Source of the DNA: Pristiophorus japonicus
Lineage: Eukaryota
DNA: 64,000 nucleotides
Direction of reading: 5' to 3'
Assembly (NCBI RefSeq): GCF_044704955.1
Contig: NC_091986.1
Location: 100,192,001 to 100,256,000, forward strand
Shown one piece after another: positions 36,975-49,011 of the stretch (its first letter is position 1; each line of letters starts with the position of its first letter). Below the pieces are notes generated by a model. The model searched no databases. It saw only the letters and a list, made by a program, of their open reading frames with translations, and was not told the DNA's origin. Both the position numbers and the translations under genes were made by a program.

Positions 36975-39270
36975 CCCACAGTGACAACTCAAATCAACTG
37001 TGGGAAAGCCTATGATGTTTTACACTTAGACTTCCAAAAGGCATTTGATAATGTTCCACATGAAAGGTTACATTTGAAGCTCAATCCTGTGGGAATTCAA
37101 AGCAATACTTGGGTATGGATAAGAAATTGGCTGAAGTGCAGAAAACAATGGGTACTGGTTAGACGGGTAATATCAGGGTGTGGGGAAGTACAAAGTGTGG
37201 TGCCCAGGACTCAGTATTAGGGTCACTCCTGTTTCTAATTTACGTCAATGGGTTAAGAAACTAAACACAAATTATAGTGAAACTTGTACAAATGGACACC
37301 TTTTGAACGTGCCAAATAATTTAGATTGTAATAGATATAAGCTGCACTTCAAAACCACGGACACTCGCAAATTACGAACTACGGACAGCCTTCAATGAAC
37401 CGAGTCAGTTTATAACTTAAAACAAGGGACATGAGATAAGTGTCAGGCAGCAGCAGGTGAAAGAAACGGATTTTGTGGAATGGAGATCACTTTCCCCAGA
37501 GCAGCATTGAAGCTGCTCTATCTCTGGAATTGAATGCTTGCACGGCTCTATCCCAGGGATAGAGCAGTTTCTCTGCCGCTATGAATGTTGGGACCAGCTT
37601 CACCTTCACCTTCAATTTGCATTCAGTTGCCTGTTGCACTGGGCTCCACCGTGTAATTTCCCGTCTCCGGACCGGTCACAGAGAGCTGGGACCAGCTGTT
37701 CGGGATTCTGGTGAATAATGAGCTACACCAGCACCGGTGTCAGGAACAATTGAGGGTCGGATTTGGGGGATCGTGGGAGCTCAGGAGTTGGCAATCGGGG
37801 GGGGGGGGCCTTGGGATTCGGGGAGAAATGGAGACTGGGGCCTGGGGGGGAAAAGGAGACTGGGTTTGAGGGCTTGGGGGAGAGGGAAATTAGCGGCTGG
37901 GAGGTAATAGGGCGACTGAGGAATGGGAGCATGGGAGAGATGGAGAGACTGAGGAATGGGGGCTCGGGGAAGAGTTGGGATCGGTAGCTTGTGAGCAGGT
38001 GTTACGTGATCATATGTGACATGGTCAAATATCAGTAGTCAGAAGTTCACGCGATCACACCTCCAGTAATGCCTCTAACCAGAGTTGATAACACTGGATA
38101 TCTCACACTGCCAGTATATCAGATACTGATGAGCTGCTAACAGCCCCCTACCCACCCCCACTACTTCAAACATTAGCAGCTGCAGCAAACAGGGGACTGC
38201 AGGACATTAATTCCCCAGCCCATCCGTCAGAATTTGACTGGGATCTGCTAGGCCCTCCAGCACTACAGCAGGCACCTCACTTCACTGCAGACTGCCAATG
38301 TAGCAGATCCCATTATTGCGACATCCCTCCCTTAATAGAAAAGGACCGTGGAAGGTAATGAACTGGGAAACCCAACAAACAGAAAATGAAATGAAATCAC
38401 ATCTCACTGGCAGAGCTCTAGAATTAGGCACAATCCCAGGTGAGGGCGAAAAAAAGGAATGCTGCAGGAGATGCAGTCAATCCTGGGATATTTGGCTCAT
38501 CTGGTTTACTGTGCATACAGAGTCCATTTTGAAAATAAAGACACCTGACAAAAAAGGGCACCTGAAGCTACTCCCTTACGTGTCCCTAATTTACAGGTTT
38601 CACTGTAGTTACATTTGCAGATGATATCAAATTCAGAGGGGCAATGGAACCAAAGGACACAGCCCAGAAATTATACAATGAGTTAGACAAAGTATGTGGG
38701 TGGGTTGAACAGTGTGAACTATTGCACATGGGAAAGAAAAATGGGATCATACATACTCTATGAACTGTGTTGAAATAGCTAAGATTAAGCACTCAACACA
38801 CCTAACCAATGCAGAGCAGTAATGAACAAACCGGTAGAATGTTGAACGACATAGCCAAAACAAGTCCGAGAGAGTTGTGATCAACTGTCCTATTGCTCTA
38901 GTCAGACTACACCTTGAATACTGTGTCCAATTCTGGTCGCCAAGGGAGGTTGTCAAGCACTGAAAGCAGTGAAGAAAAAAAACACCAGACTGATCTCTAT
39001 TGTCAGGATTCGTGAGTTATGAGGAAGGATTCTAGAGATTTGGGCTTTTTAGTCTGGAAAGAAGTTATCTGAGAGGTAACTTTAGGATGTCAGCAGGTTC
39101 TTCTTCATGCAGAGAATGTCCAACATATGAAAGGTGAGTGGTGGCGATGAAAACCTTGGAATCATTCAGAAACAATTGGAATAAATAATGGTGAGTGTGC
39201 AGGGTTGTACTGGATGGATGAATTAAGATGGTTTGAATGGTTTTCTTCATCCTTAACTATCTTGTGATCT
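36975..39270 (+). mobile_element. old CR1 LINE interrupted by a Tigger-like element
   Basis: DVLHLDFQKAFDNVPHERL (36981-37220); resumes TFADD at 38610; LEYCVQFWSP near 38915. Confidence 0.85.
37275..38605. mobile_element. Tc1/mariner (Tigger/pogo-like) non-autonomous transposon
   Basis: TIR TAGTGAAACTTGTACAAATGGACAC versus reverse complement CAGTGAAACCTGTAAATTAGGGACAC; TA duplication at 37273-37274 and 38606-38607. Confidence 0.85.
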
Positions 39271-39529
39271 CACTAATATGTTCACGGCAAAATTGGACAA
39301 GTACCTTAGAGAGAAACACATTATCAGATACAACTGGTAGGACACGAGGAAGGAGGACTAGATGGACTTACATGAGATAATTCTGACGTTGGGTGATAAT
39401 ATAAAACATGTGATATCGGGCCAGCTGCCTGTTAATACATCTTTCCTGATCTTAATTTCCATTTTCACCGTACCTGTGTGCACTTGTCTCTCAGTGGAGG
39501 ATCAATGCAAACAGCCCTGAAGAGTTACC

Positions 39530-39900
39530 AGAATGGCTGAGTGAGTTTACCCAGTCAATAGCTGAGCAGTGGAGACCAGAAGATCTCAGATTTAATCTGC
39601 AGTCTGTGCTGAGTTCGATGTGGAGTCAATAGGGGTCCTCTAATTGGCCTCAGTACCCCTCAACTAGGAGGGGAAACATTGGCCAAGTGTCCAGCTTCTG
39701 GTTGCTGCTATCAAGTGACCCCTACTGGCAGTGCTTATGTAAACATCAGGTATGGGTTTGTTTATTGAATATAAATAATAGTCCCTCTTATTGAATAGCC
39801 GACTGCTACTCGCTGTCTAGGCTCACTCATAAATAATGGCAAGAGTGACCAGCAACCATATCTCAGCAAGGAATCAACACAATGGAGGTGGGGGTGTGGG
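39530..39900 (+). mobile_element. ancient SINE, longest copy of the family
   Basis: TGGCTGAGTGAG A-box-like head; body shared with 26310 and 26720; 3' part ACTCGCTGTCTAGGCTCAC..CTCAGCAAGGAATCAA shared with the reverse complement of 55870-56035. Confidence 0.5.
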
Positions 39901-40249
39901 GTGAAAAGATGTTTTAAATTATCTGCCCTCCAACGATCTGCATTCTTCAATATCTATGAAAGTTGAGGTAATAGTAGGCTCTCAGAAACAACAAAAGCAA
40001 CTTCAAATCATCAATAATTGTGATTTTTGTTCGATTTGCTTAATCATTTATAATCCAACATTGGAGGGGCAGCCACTAACTTAGGCTCTGAATTTATTTT
40101 GACCTAGAAGCTGTATTATGATACTGATTTACAGCAAAGTTGCCTTCAGCAGCATCATTGTGATTTTGATGATTCAAAACTTAATCGAGACAAATTGATG
40201 TTGTATTTCTCAAGCAACCTGTTTCAGTGCCTTGTTTAACTTTCCGGGA

Positions 40250-40340
40250 TAAAAACACAAAATGCTGGAAATATTCAGCAGGCCAGGCAGCATCTGTGGG
40301 GCGAGAAATAGAGTTAATGTTTCAGGTCAATGACCCCTTA
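40250..40340. mobile_element. Penelope-like terminal fragment
   Basis: AAATGCTGGAAATATTCAGCAGGCCAGGCAGCATCTGTGG..GTTAATGTTTCAGGTCAATGACC; matches the arm at 59615-59722. Confidence 0.6.
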
Positions 40341-40477
40341 ATTTTCTGGGATCTGGATTCAGATCCCTCTGTAGATGCACGCTCCAGGATACTTACTGAT
40401 GCATGTGTTAAGTTTTGGCAGTTCTTCTGGCTCACTCGGTTAAGCTTTGGAGAACACAAAACAGTAATAGGCATCTT

Positions 40478-42167
40478 GGGCCCAAGTTTCGGGCCGCGCC
40501 TAGAACGGCGCAACCCCGACCTGGACGCCCATTTTTCGCGCCACAAAGTGCGCCTAAAAAAAACTTACAGATTCTCCGGCACCCTGCAGGTCCTCTGGCC
40601 CTCGGCGCAGCGCAGCACGAGCTGTAGGGGACGGAGCTAGGTCCCTGCGCTGAAAACAGTGCCAGGACCTCTGCACATGCGTTACAGTGGGCGCACATGT
40701 GCAGTAGCTCCAGGCGCCCAAAACTGTGGGAGGGGCCCGAAGCATGCAGCCTCTAGCCCTGGCCGAATGGCCTCACTGGGGCTGCGTGCATAAGGCTCCT
40801 CCCATGCCCAGCTCCTGCTTCCTCCCGACCCGACTCCCGCTCCCCCGCCCCCGGACCGGACCCCCCCCCCCACCCGACCTGACCTCCCTCTCCCTCCCCC
40901 CCTGACCCGACCCACGCTCCCGAGCACCCCCCCCCGGACCGGACTCGACCCAACCTGACCTCCCTCCCCCCGCCCCCGACACAAACCGATCCGACCCGAC
41001 CTCCCTCTGCCCCCCTCCCCCCCTCAACCTGAACTGACCCGCGCTCCCTCCCTCCCCTAACCAACCCGACCTCCCTCCTCCACTCCACCGCCCCCCTCCC
41101 ACCCCCTCCCGACCGCTCCACCCCCACCCCCCACCTGCCCCCCCCCCCCGCCGGACCGGACCCGACCTCCCTCCGCCCCGACCCCCGAACCCGACCCGAC
41201 CCAACGCCACCAACCTGTAAATCCGGTGCTGGGGACGGACCCTGCCCGAAGTCTTGGGCCCGGCCCATTCAGCCTCCCTCCCCCTTCTCCTATCCTCCCC
41301 CCCTTCTCCTTTCCTCCCCCCCCTTCTCCTTTCCTCCCCCCCCTTCTCCTTTCCTCCCCCCCCTTCTCCTTTCCTCCCCCCCCTTCTCCTTTCCTCCCCC
41401 CCTTCTCCTTTCCTCCCCCCCTTCTCCTTTCCTCCCCCCTTCTCCTTTCCTCCACCCCCTTCTCCTTTCCCCCCTTCTCCTTTCCCCCCTTCTCCTTTCC
41501 CACCCTTCTCCTTTCCCCCCCTTGCCTTTTCCCCCCCATCTCCTTTCCCCCCCCCTCTCTTTCCCCCCCTCTCCCTCTCCTTCCCCCCCCCTTCTCCTTC
41601 CCCCCCTTCTCCTTTCCTGTCCCCCCCTTCTCCTTTCCCAGCACGCTGTTGGAGGGCTCCCGGTGCTGCAGTCGGTAAGTAGAAAATGTTTTATTTATTG
41701 ATTTAAAAAAAAAATTATTTCTTATTAATTTTTTTGATTGATTTATTGGTTGATTTATTGATGTTTTTATCATTTATTATTGATGATGGCTCTTTATTTG
41801 TAAAACTGAAGTGTTTAATGTTTGTAAAATTCCCTTTAAACCCCCCCCCCCCCCATTCCCTACGCCTGATTTGTAACCTACGCCTGATTTTCTAAAGTGT
41901 AGACAAGGTTTTTTCGAGCCTACAAAAATCTTCACTTACTCCATTCTAAGTTAGTTTGGAGTAAGTTTTCACTGCCGAAACTTTGAAAACAGGGGTAAGT
42001 GGCCGGACACGCCCCCTTTTGAAAACAAAAATTCTGTTCCAAAGTGAAACTTCTAACTGACTAGAACTGGAGCAAACTAAATGCCGAGAATTTGAATTTC
42101 TAAGATACTCCGTTCTACACCAGTTGCTCCAAAAAATCAGGAGCAACTGAGGCCGAAACTTGGGCCC
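40478..42167. mobile_element. young PIF/Harbinger-type MITE
   Basis: Perfect 15-bp TIR GGGCCCAAGTTTCGG; 3-bp TSD CTT (40475-40477 and 42168-42170). Confidence 0.92.
40820..41640. repeat. C-rich simple repeats in MITE: (CCGAC)-like tract and a ~20-bp CCCCCCTTCTCCTTTCCT minisatellite
   Basis: CCCGACC units at 40820-41200; pure pyrimidine tandem array at about 41280-41640. Confidence 0.9.
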
Positions 42168-43115
42168 CTTGTCTGGTGAATGTGCATTTATGCCTTTGCA
42201 ACTGCATAGTACCATTGGCATCCAAAGCCACAAATGTGTTGTCCACTCACCTGCTTTCCAGCATGGGGGAGAATGGTGTGTTAACACTCGGACATGACCA
42301 CTTCATTATTCTAGTATTTAAAGTTGATTCGGAGTGAGGACAGTGAGGAGAAAGAAGCTTTACATATTTAAAATTCCTGGTGAAAATCTGAACTTTGACC
42401 TTCCTAGCCTGTAACCTACAGCAGGTTTGAAACCAGGGCAGCTTCCCATTGCCAGTTGTTATCAGTGGACTTTCATTGGACATCTATGCTTGAAGTGGAT
42501 TATCCCTGGATTAATATTGCAATGCTAATGCACTTGCAGCCAATGCAATCATGAGGTATGCTGACAGGCAATGGTTCAAATGAGAAAAAAATGTGATAAA
42601 GGTGCCGTGTGGAAAATAATGACCAGATTCTCATTGCATTGTAAGTGAAAGATGTTGCAAACATGAGGTTCTTAGATGCTTTTATTAATCATGTAAGTTT
42701 TACTACAGAATTTTAATTGGAACTTGAGGATATGTCATTGTATTTCTGTTGCTAACCGACATTTTGTAACCCAATATCTATGGACGGGGGAAGTAGGAAC
42801 AGATGAGAGGAGAGTGGGCATGCTATGAGATTGGAAGAGACCTATCAGAGCTATACTTAAAGGGTTGAAGAGTAAAGCAAATTACTTGTTCAGCATAAAG
42901 GTTCTCTGTTGTTAATGAGTTCATGAGATTTTTCTTGCAAGATACATTTTTGCTTTTGAAAATCTGGAGTCAGTGAGTATGGTTGTTAAAGTTGTTTAAT
43001 ACAACAGCAACATTACAACTTATATTACCTGTACTGCAACCAATAGAAAGGAGACCTTCAGAGACCAAGGATTTAAAAAATACACGAAGGTGCAATTGTG
43101 CTGATGCTCCAATTA

Positions 43116-45094
43116 TCATCATCATAGGCAGTCCCTCGAAATCGAGGAAGACTTGCTTCCACTCTAAAAGTGAGTTCTCAGGTGACTGAACAGTCCAATG
43201 TGGGAATTACAGTCTCTGTCACAGGTGGGACAGACAGTCGTTGCAGGAAAGGGTGGGTGGGGCATCTGGTTTGCCGCACGCTCCTTCCGCTGCCTGCGCT
43301 TGTTTTCTGCATGCTCTCGGAGAAGAGACTTGAGGTGCTCAGCGCCCTCCCGGATGCTCTTCCTCCACTTAGGGCGGTCTTGGGTCAGGGACTCCCAGGT
43401 GTCGGTGGGGATGTTGCATTTAATCAAGGAGGCTTTGAGGGTGTCCTTGAAACATTTCCTCTGCCCACCTTGGGCTCGTTTGCCGTGTAGGAGTTACGAG
43501 TAGAGCACTTGCTTTGGGAGTCTTGTGTTGGGCATGTGAACAATGTGGCCCACCCAGCGGAACTGGTCAAGTGTGGTCAGTGCTTCGATGCTGGAGATGT
43601 TGGCCTGATCGAGGACACTGACGTTGGTGCGTCTATCCTTCCAGGGGATTTGCAGGATCTTGCGGAGATATCGTTGGTGGCATTTCTCCAGTGATTTGAG
43701 GTGTCTACCGTATATGGTTCACGTCTCCGAGCCATACAGGAGGGCGGATGTCACTGCAGCTCTGTAGACCATAAGCTTGTTGACAGATTTGAGGGCCTGA
43801 TCTTCGAACACTGTCTTCCTCAGGGGGCCGAAGACTGCTCTGGCGCACTGGAGGTGGTGTTGAACCTCATTGTCGATGTCTGCCCTTGCTGATAATAGGC
43901 TCCCGAGGTATGGAAAGTGGTTCACGTTGTCCAGGGCCGCGCCGTGGATCTTGATGACTGGGAAGCAGTGTTGTGTGGCGGGGTCAGGCTAGTGGAGGAC
44001 CTTTGTCATACAGATGTTTAGTGTAAGGCCCATGCTTTCGTATGCCTCGGTGAAGATGTTGACTGTGACTTGGAGTTCAGCCTCTGAATGCGCACAGATG
44101 CAAGCATCATCCGCGTACTGTCATTTGAGAACAGAGGATGGGACGGTCTTGGATCTGGCCTGGAGGCGATGAAGGTTGAACAGGTTCCTACTGGTTCTAT
44201 AGTTTCGTTCTATTCCAGCAGGGAGCTTGTTGAGTGTGAGGTGGAGCATTGCAGCGAGGAAGATCGAGAAGAGGGTTGGCACGATGACGCAGCCCTGCTT
44301 GACCCCGGTCAGGATGTTGATCAGGTCTGTGGTGGATCCATTGGTCGGGATCATGGCTTGCATGTCGTCATGGAGCAGGCAGAGGATGGTGACAAACTTG
44401 TGGAGGCAGCCGAAACGGAGGAGGACGCTCCTTGGTCCCTCGTGGTTAACAGTGTCAAAGAAGGCCATGTACAAGGGTTGGTGCTGTTCTCGGCATTTCT
44501 CTTGCAGTTGTCGCGCTGTAAAGATCATATCCGTTGTACCCCGTAATGGACGGAATCTGCACTATGTCTCCGAGAGGAGCTCCTCAGCCACAGGGAAAAG
44601 GCGGTTGAGGAGGATTCTAGCGATGACTTTCCCAGTGTCCGACAACAGGGAATTCCTCTAGTTGCTGCAGTCGGACATCCCCTTTTTAAAAAATGGTCAC
44701 AATTACTGCATCTGAGATTTCCCAGCATGCTTTACTCCTTCTAGATGAGAGAGATGAGGTCATGCATTCATGTCTATAGTGCCTCTCCGCCATACTTTAG
44801 TGTTTCAGTGGGGATTCCATCCGCTCCTGATGCCTTGTTTTCGAGCTGACGGATGGCCTCTTCTACTTTGTGCAGGGTTGGGGTTTTGCTGAGATGGTGG
44901 TGGTTAGCATGCTGCGGGATGGAGTCAAAGGCAGATTCTCGATTAAGGAGATTTTTGAAATGCTCCTTCCAGCGGGTCTTCACTGCCTTGGTGTCCTTGA
45001 TGAGTGGCTCCCCGTTCTTGGCCAGCAGTGGGATGGGGCCTTGGGTGCTTGGGCCGTAGGTGGACTTGACTGCGGTGAAGAATCCTCGCATATC
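43116..45094 (-). mobile_element. RTE-clade LINE, 5'-truncated and degenerate
   Basis: (ATC)n tail on plus strand; C2H2-like CPTCDRDCNSHIGLFSHLRTH; LLYGSET; MIFTARQLQEKCREQ; GVKQGC; KASGADGIP. Confidence 0.93.
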
Positions 45095-45569
45095 AACTGT
45101 GACATCAAGTGTCAGGTTGCACAGTTCCTCAGAGAGAGAGTGCGTGATTCCAGATATTCCATCAGGGAAAGACAATCATCAGAGACTAGTTGACCTCACA
45201 GAGAAAGGGGAAATATTGTTGAACTTTCCAACTTTCTAACTCTCTCTCTCTTCGTGAAAACAACATAGTCCCTGGAATATTGAGCATGCTTCTGTTATAG
45301 GTTAACAAATGACTGCCAGTGAGTTCAAGGCAGTACCTGTAATTCAACTGAATATTTCTGATAAACCATTTGCGTTTTGCTCCTGTGGTTTATATGAACA
45401 TTAGCAGAAACATGAAATTAAATTACTGCTTTAAATATACTGGCAATTTGTTATTATATTGTATGCAGTCAATGGATTATATTTTAAAACTAATGTACAT
45501 TTTGACTGTTATGGTTATGCTAGTACACGCATGGTCACACGGAGCATGATAGAGATGAAATGACATAAG

Positions 45570-47153
45570 TGAAAGGAAAGGCAAATAAATGCCCTGGACC
45601 TGATGGCTTCCATCCTAGGGTCTTAAGAGAAGTAGCGGCAGGGATTGTGGATGTATTGGTTGTAATTTACCAAAATTCCCTGGATTCTGGGGAGGTCCCA
45701 GCAGATTGGAAAACTGTAAATGTAACACCCCTATTCAAAAAAGGAGGCAGACAAAAAGCAGGAAACTATAGACCAGTTAGCCTTACATCTGTGGCTGGGA
45801 AAATGTTGGAGTCCATTATAAAGAAGCAGTAACAGGACATTTGGAAAAGCAAAATTTGGTCAGGCAGACTCAGCATGGATTTAGGAAGGGTAAGTCATGT
45901 TTGACAAATTTGCTGGAATTCTTTGAGGATGTAACGAACAGGCTGGATAAAGGGGAATCAGTGGATGTGATGTATTTGGACTTCCAGAAGGCATTTGACA
46001 AGGTGCCACACAAAAGGTTACTGCACAAGATAAAAGTTCACGGGGTTGGGGGTAATATATTAGCATGGATAGAAGATTGGCTGACAAACCGAAAACAGAG
46101 AGTTGGGATAAATAGTTAATTCTCTGGTTCGCAATCAATAACGAGTTGGGTACCGCAGGGATCAGTTCTGGGACCCCAACTATTTACAATCTATATTAAC
46201 GACTAGGAAGAAGGGACGGAGTGTAACATAGCCAAGTTTGCTGATGATACAAAGATGGGAAGAAGGGTAATGTTTGAGGAGGACATAAAGAGGCTGCAGG
46301 AGCACATAGACAGACTAAGTGAGTGGGCAAAAATTTGGTAGATGGAGTATAATGTTGGAAAATGTGAGGTCATGCACTTTGACACAAAAAAATCAAAGAG
46401 CAAGTTATTATTTAAATGGAGAAAGATTGCAAAGTGCTGCAGTACAGCGGGTCCTGGGGGTACTTGTGCATGAAACACAAAAGGATACTATGCAGGTACA
46501 GCAAGTGATCAGGAAAGCCAATGGAATCTTGGCCTTTATTGCGAAGGGGATGGAGTATAAAAGCTGGGAAGTCTTGTTACAGCTGTATTGTTGAGGCCAC
46601 ACCTGGAATACTGCGTGCAGTTTTGGTTTCCATATTTAAGAAAGGATATACTTGTTGTGGAGGCAGTTCAGAGAAGGTTCACTAGGTTGATCCCAGGGTT
46701 GAGGGGGTTGACTTATGAGGAAAGATTGAGTAGGTTGGGCTTCTACTTATTGGAATTCAGAAGAATGAGAGGTGATCTTATTGAAACATATAAGATTATG
46801 AGGGGGCTTGACAAGGTGGATGCAGAGAGGATGTTTCCACTGGTGGGGGAGACTAGAACTAGAGGGCATGATCTTAGGATAAGGGGCCGCCCATTTAGAA
46901 CTAAGATGAGGAGAAATTTCTTCTCTGAGGGTTGTGAATCTGAGGAATTCGCTACCTCAGAGAGATGTGGAAGCTGGAACATTGAATAAATTTTAAGACA
47001 AAAATAGACAGTTTCTTAAACAATAAGGGGTTATAGGAAGCGGGTGGGGAAGTGGAGCTGAGTCCATGAACAGATCAGCTATGATCTTATTGAATGGCAG
47101 AGCAGGCTCGAGGGGCCGTATGGCCTACTCCTGTTCCTATTTTCTTATGTTCT
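45570..47153 (+). mobile_element. CR1 LINE (same subfamily as B), 5'-truncated
   Basis: ORFs 45569-45832, 45841-46119 and 46588-46989; TTCTTATGTTCTT tail. Confidence 0.93.
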
Positions 47154-47540
47154 TTAGATGTGCCAAAGCATTTTACAGTTGGCGAATTTAATTTTGAAAT
47201 ACAGTCACTGTTGTTTTGCAGCCAGATGATAAAACCAATAAACACAGAGCAAGTCTTGACAACTACAAAGGAATGAAAAACATTTGTGAGTGTTGGTTGA
47301 GGGAAGAATGATAGCCAGGGAATTAGAAGAACTCCCTTGACTCCTTCAAATAGTGCTGTGGGATCATTATGATCACAGCAGACAGGGCCACGGTTTAATG
47401 TCTCATTTGTAAGATGGCCCCTCCTACAATGCAGCACTCCTTCTGTACTGCAGTGGAGTGCCAACTTAGATCGGGGTAGGCAATTATTTAGGCTGGAGGG
47501 CCACTTAGCAAGGTTTGGTGGGCTGTTGAGGGCCGCCCAC

Positions 47541-47654
47541 CAATAATCCCCCTAAGGTGCGCGGTCGCGCATCAATCGCGAGTTTCTGCGTAGGCCGCTC
47601 AGCAGCTCGTGCCACTGGAAGAGATACTTTGCAGCAAATTTAAAGGGAACATTG
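47541..47654. mobile_element. second copy of the small hAT MITE, opposite orientation to 18214-18363
   Basis: CCCCCTAAGGTGCGCGGTCGCGCATCAATCGCGA matches the reverse complement of about 18323-18356; ends GGGAACATTG; no TSD seen. Confidence 0.75.
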
Positions 47655-47862
47655 CATAAACATAAACATTACATAAACTTAAACATAAATTCAGAAAGTA
47701 GTCAGATACTATTTTAAATAGACAAAATGTAGTGTGAAATAGAAAAATCTTCCATTACTAAAAGAATGAAATGATTGATCGATCGATTACATGTTGTACT
47801 GAAAGTTTACGTGGCTCCTGTCTGCGGGGCCTCCGTCGAGAGAGGTGTTCTCTTTTTAGTGT

Positions 47863-49011
47863 TTTTTTCAAAAATATACTTTATTCATATAAAATTTTCA
47901 CAATGCATTGGAAAATAGTTCAGTACCTTCGGTCAGCAATTCCATACAATTCGTTTGAATGCTGACAGCAGTTCTATACAATGCACTAGCGTGCATTTCA
48001 TTTCAAGGTACAGTTTAGTACAATCCGTAAATCACGTTACATGTTGTACTGTGCAAATAGGAGTATTACATGGAGCAGATAAGAACAGGTTTACATTAAA
48101 TTCCAGGATACATTTCAATACCGATCACGAATCACGTTACATGTAACACTGTGCAGATGAAAGCAGTACATGGAACGGATAAGAATACATTTACATTTCT
48201 TTACTCGTTACTAAACCGTGCAGAGACTTTCATCATACATGGCACAACACAGGTGTTTTTCAGTACATGGTGCGCTATGTATACAAGCAGATTAACAAGT
48301 ATAGTCTGAGGGGGGTCTGATTCCATCCCATGGGTTTATCGTGGCGGAAGGGCCTTAAACTGTGGCTCTTCCCCATCGTGCCTTTGCAGCGACTGCACCA
48401 ACCTTTAATGCGTCCCTCAGCACATACTCCTAGACCTTGGATTGTACCAGTCTGCAACATTCGGCCGTGGACATCTCCTTGCTATGGAAGACCAGCAAGT
48501 TTCGGGAAGACCAAACTGCGTCTTTCACCGAGTTGATGGCTCTCCAGCAGCAGATGATGTCTGTCTCGGTGTGTGTGACCCTGGGAACAGTCCGCAGTGC
48601 ACAGAATCCTGTGTTACAGAGCTGCTTGGGATGAAACTCGACAGCAACCACTGCATCTCCTTCCAGACCTGCCTTGCAAAGGGGCAATCCCGAAGGAGAT
48701 GGATGACAGTCTCGTCTGCACCACCGCGGACTCGGGGGCAGAGTGCCATGTCTCTGAAACCCCGGCTGTGCATGAAGGATCTGACGGGTAGGGCCTTCTC
48801 ACTGCCAACCAAGTTACGTCTTGGTCTGGCGATGAGACATTCTGCAAAACGAGTTCGACAGTCTGCTTGGAGAACCGCCCGACAGGATCCATCATCTTCT
48901 CCTTCCATAGGATGTCCAGGACCTTGCGTGCCGACCACTGCTTTATGGCCTTGTGGTCAACGGTGTTTTTCTTGAAAAACTTTCCCATGAAGGACAGATG
49001 GTGAGGCATGA
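47863..49011 (-). mobile_element. Tx1/L1-group LINE 3' fragment
   Basis: C-terminal zinc knuckle ALPVRSF..CPR..ETVIHLLRDCPFARQVW, then AVWSSRN; AATAAA plus A-tail; 8-bp TSD TTTAGTGT (47855-47862 and 49012-49019). Confidence 0.88.

Noticed and set aside
40682-41773. Long Gly/Glu/Lys-rich or Pro-rich ORFs (up to 238 aa)
   Set aside because: They arise from stop-free low-complexity repeats inside a MITE.
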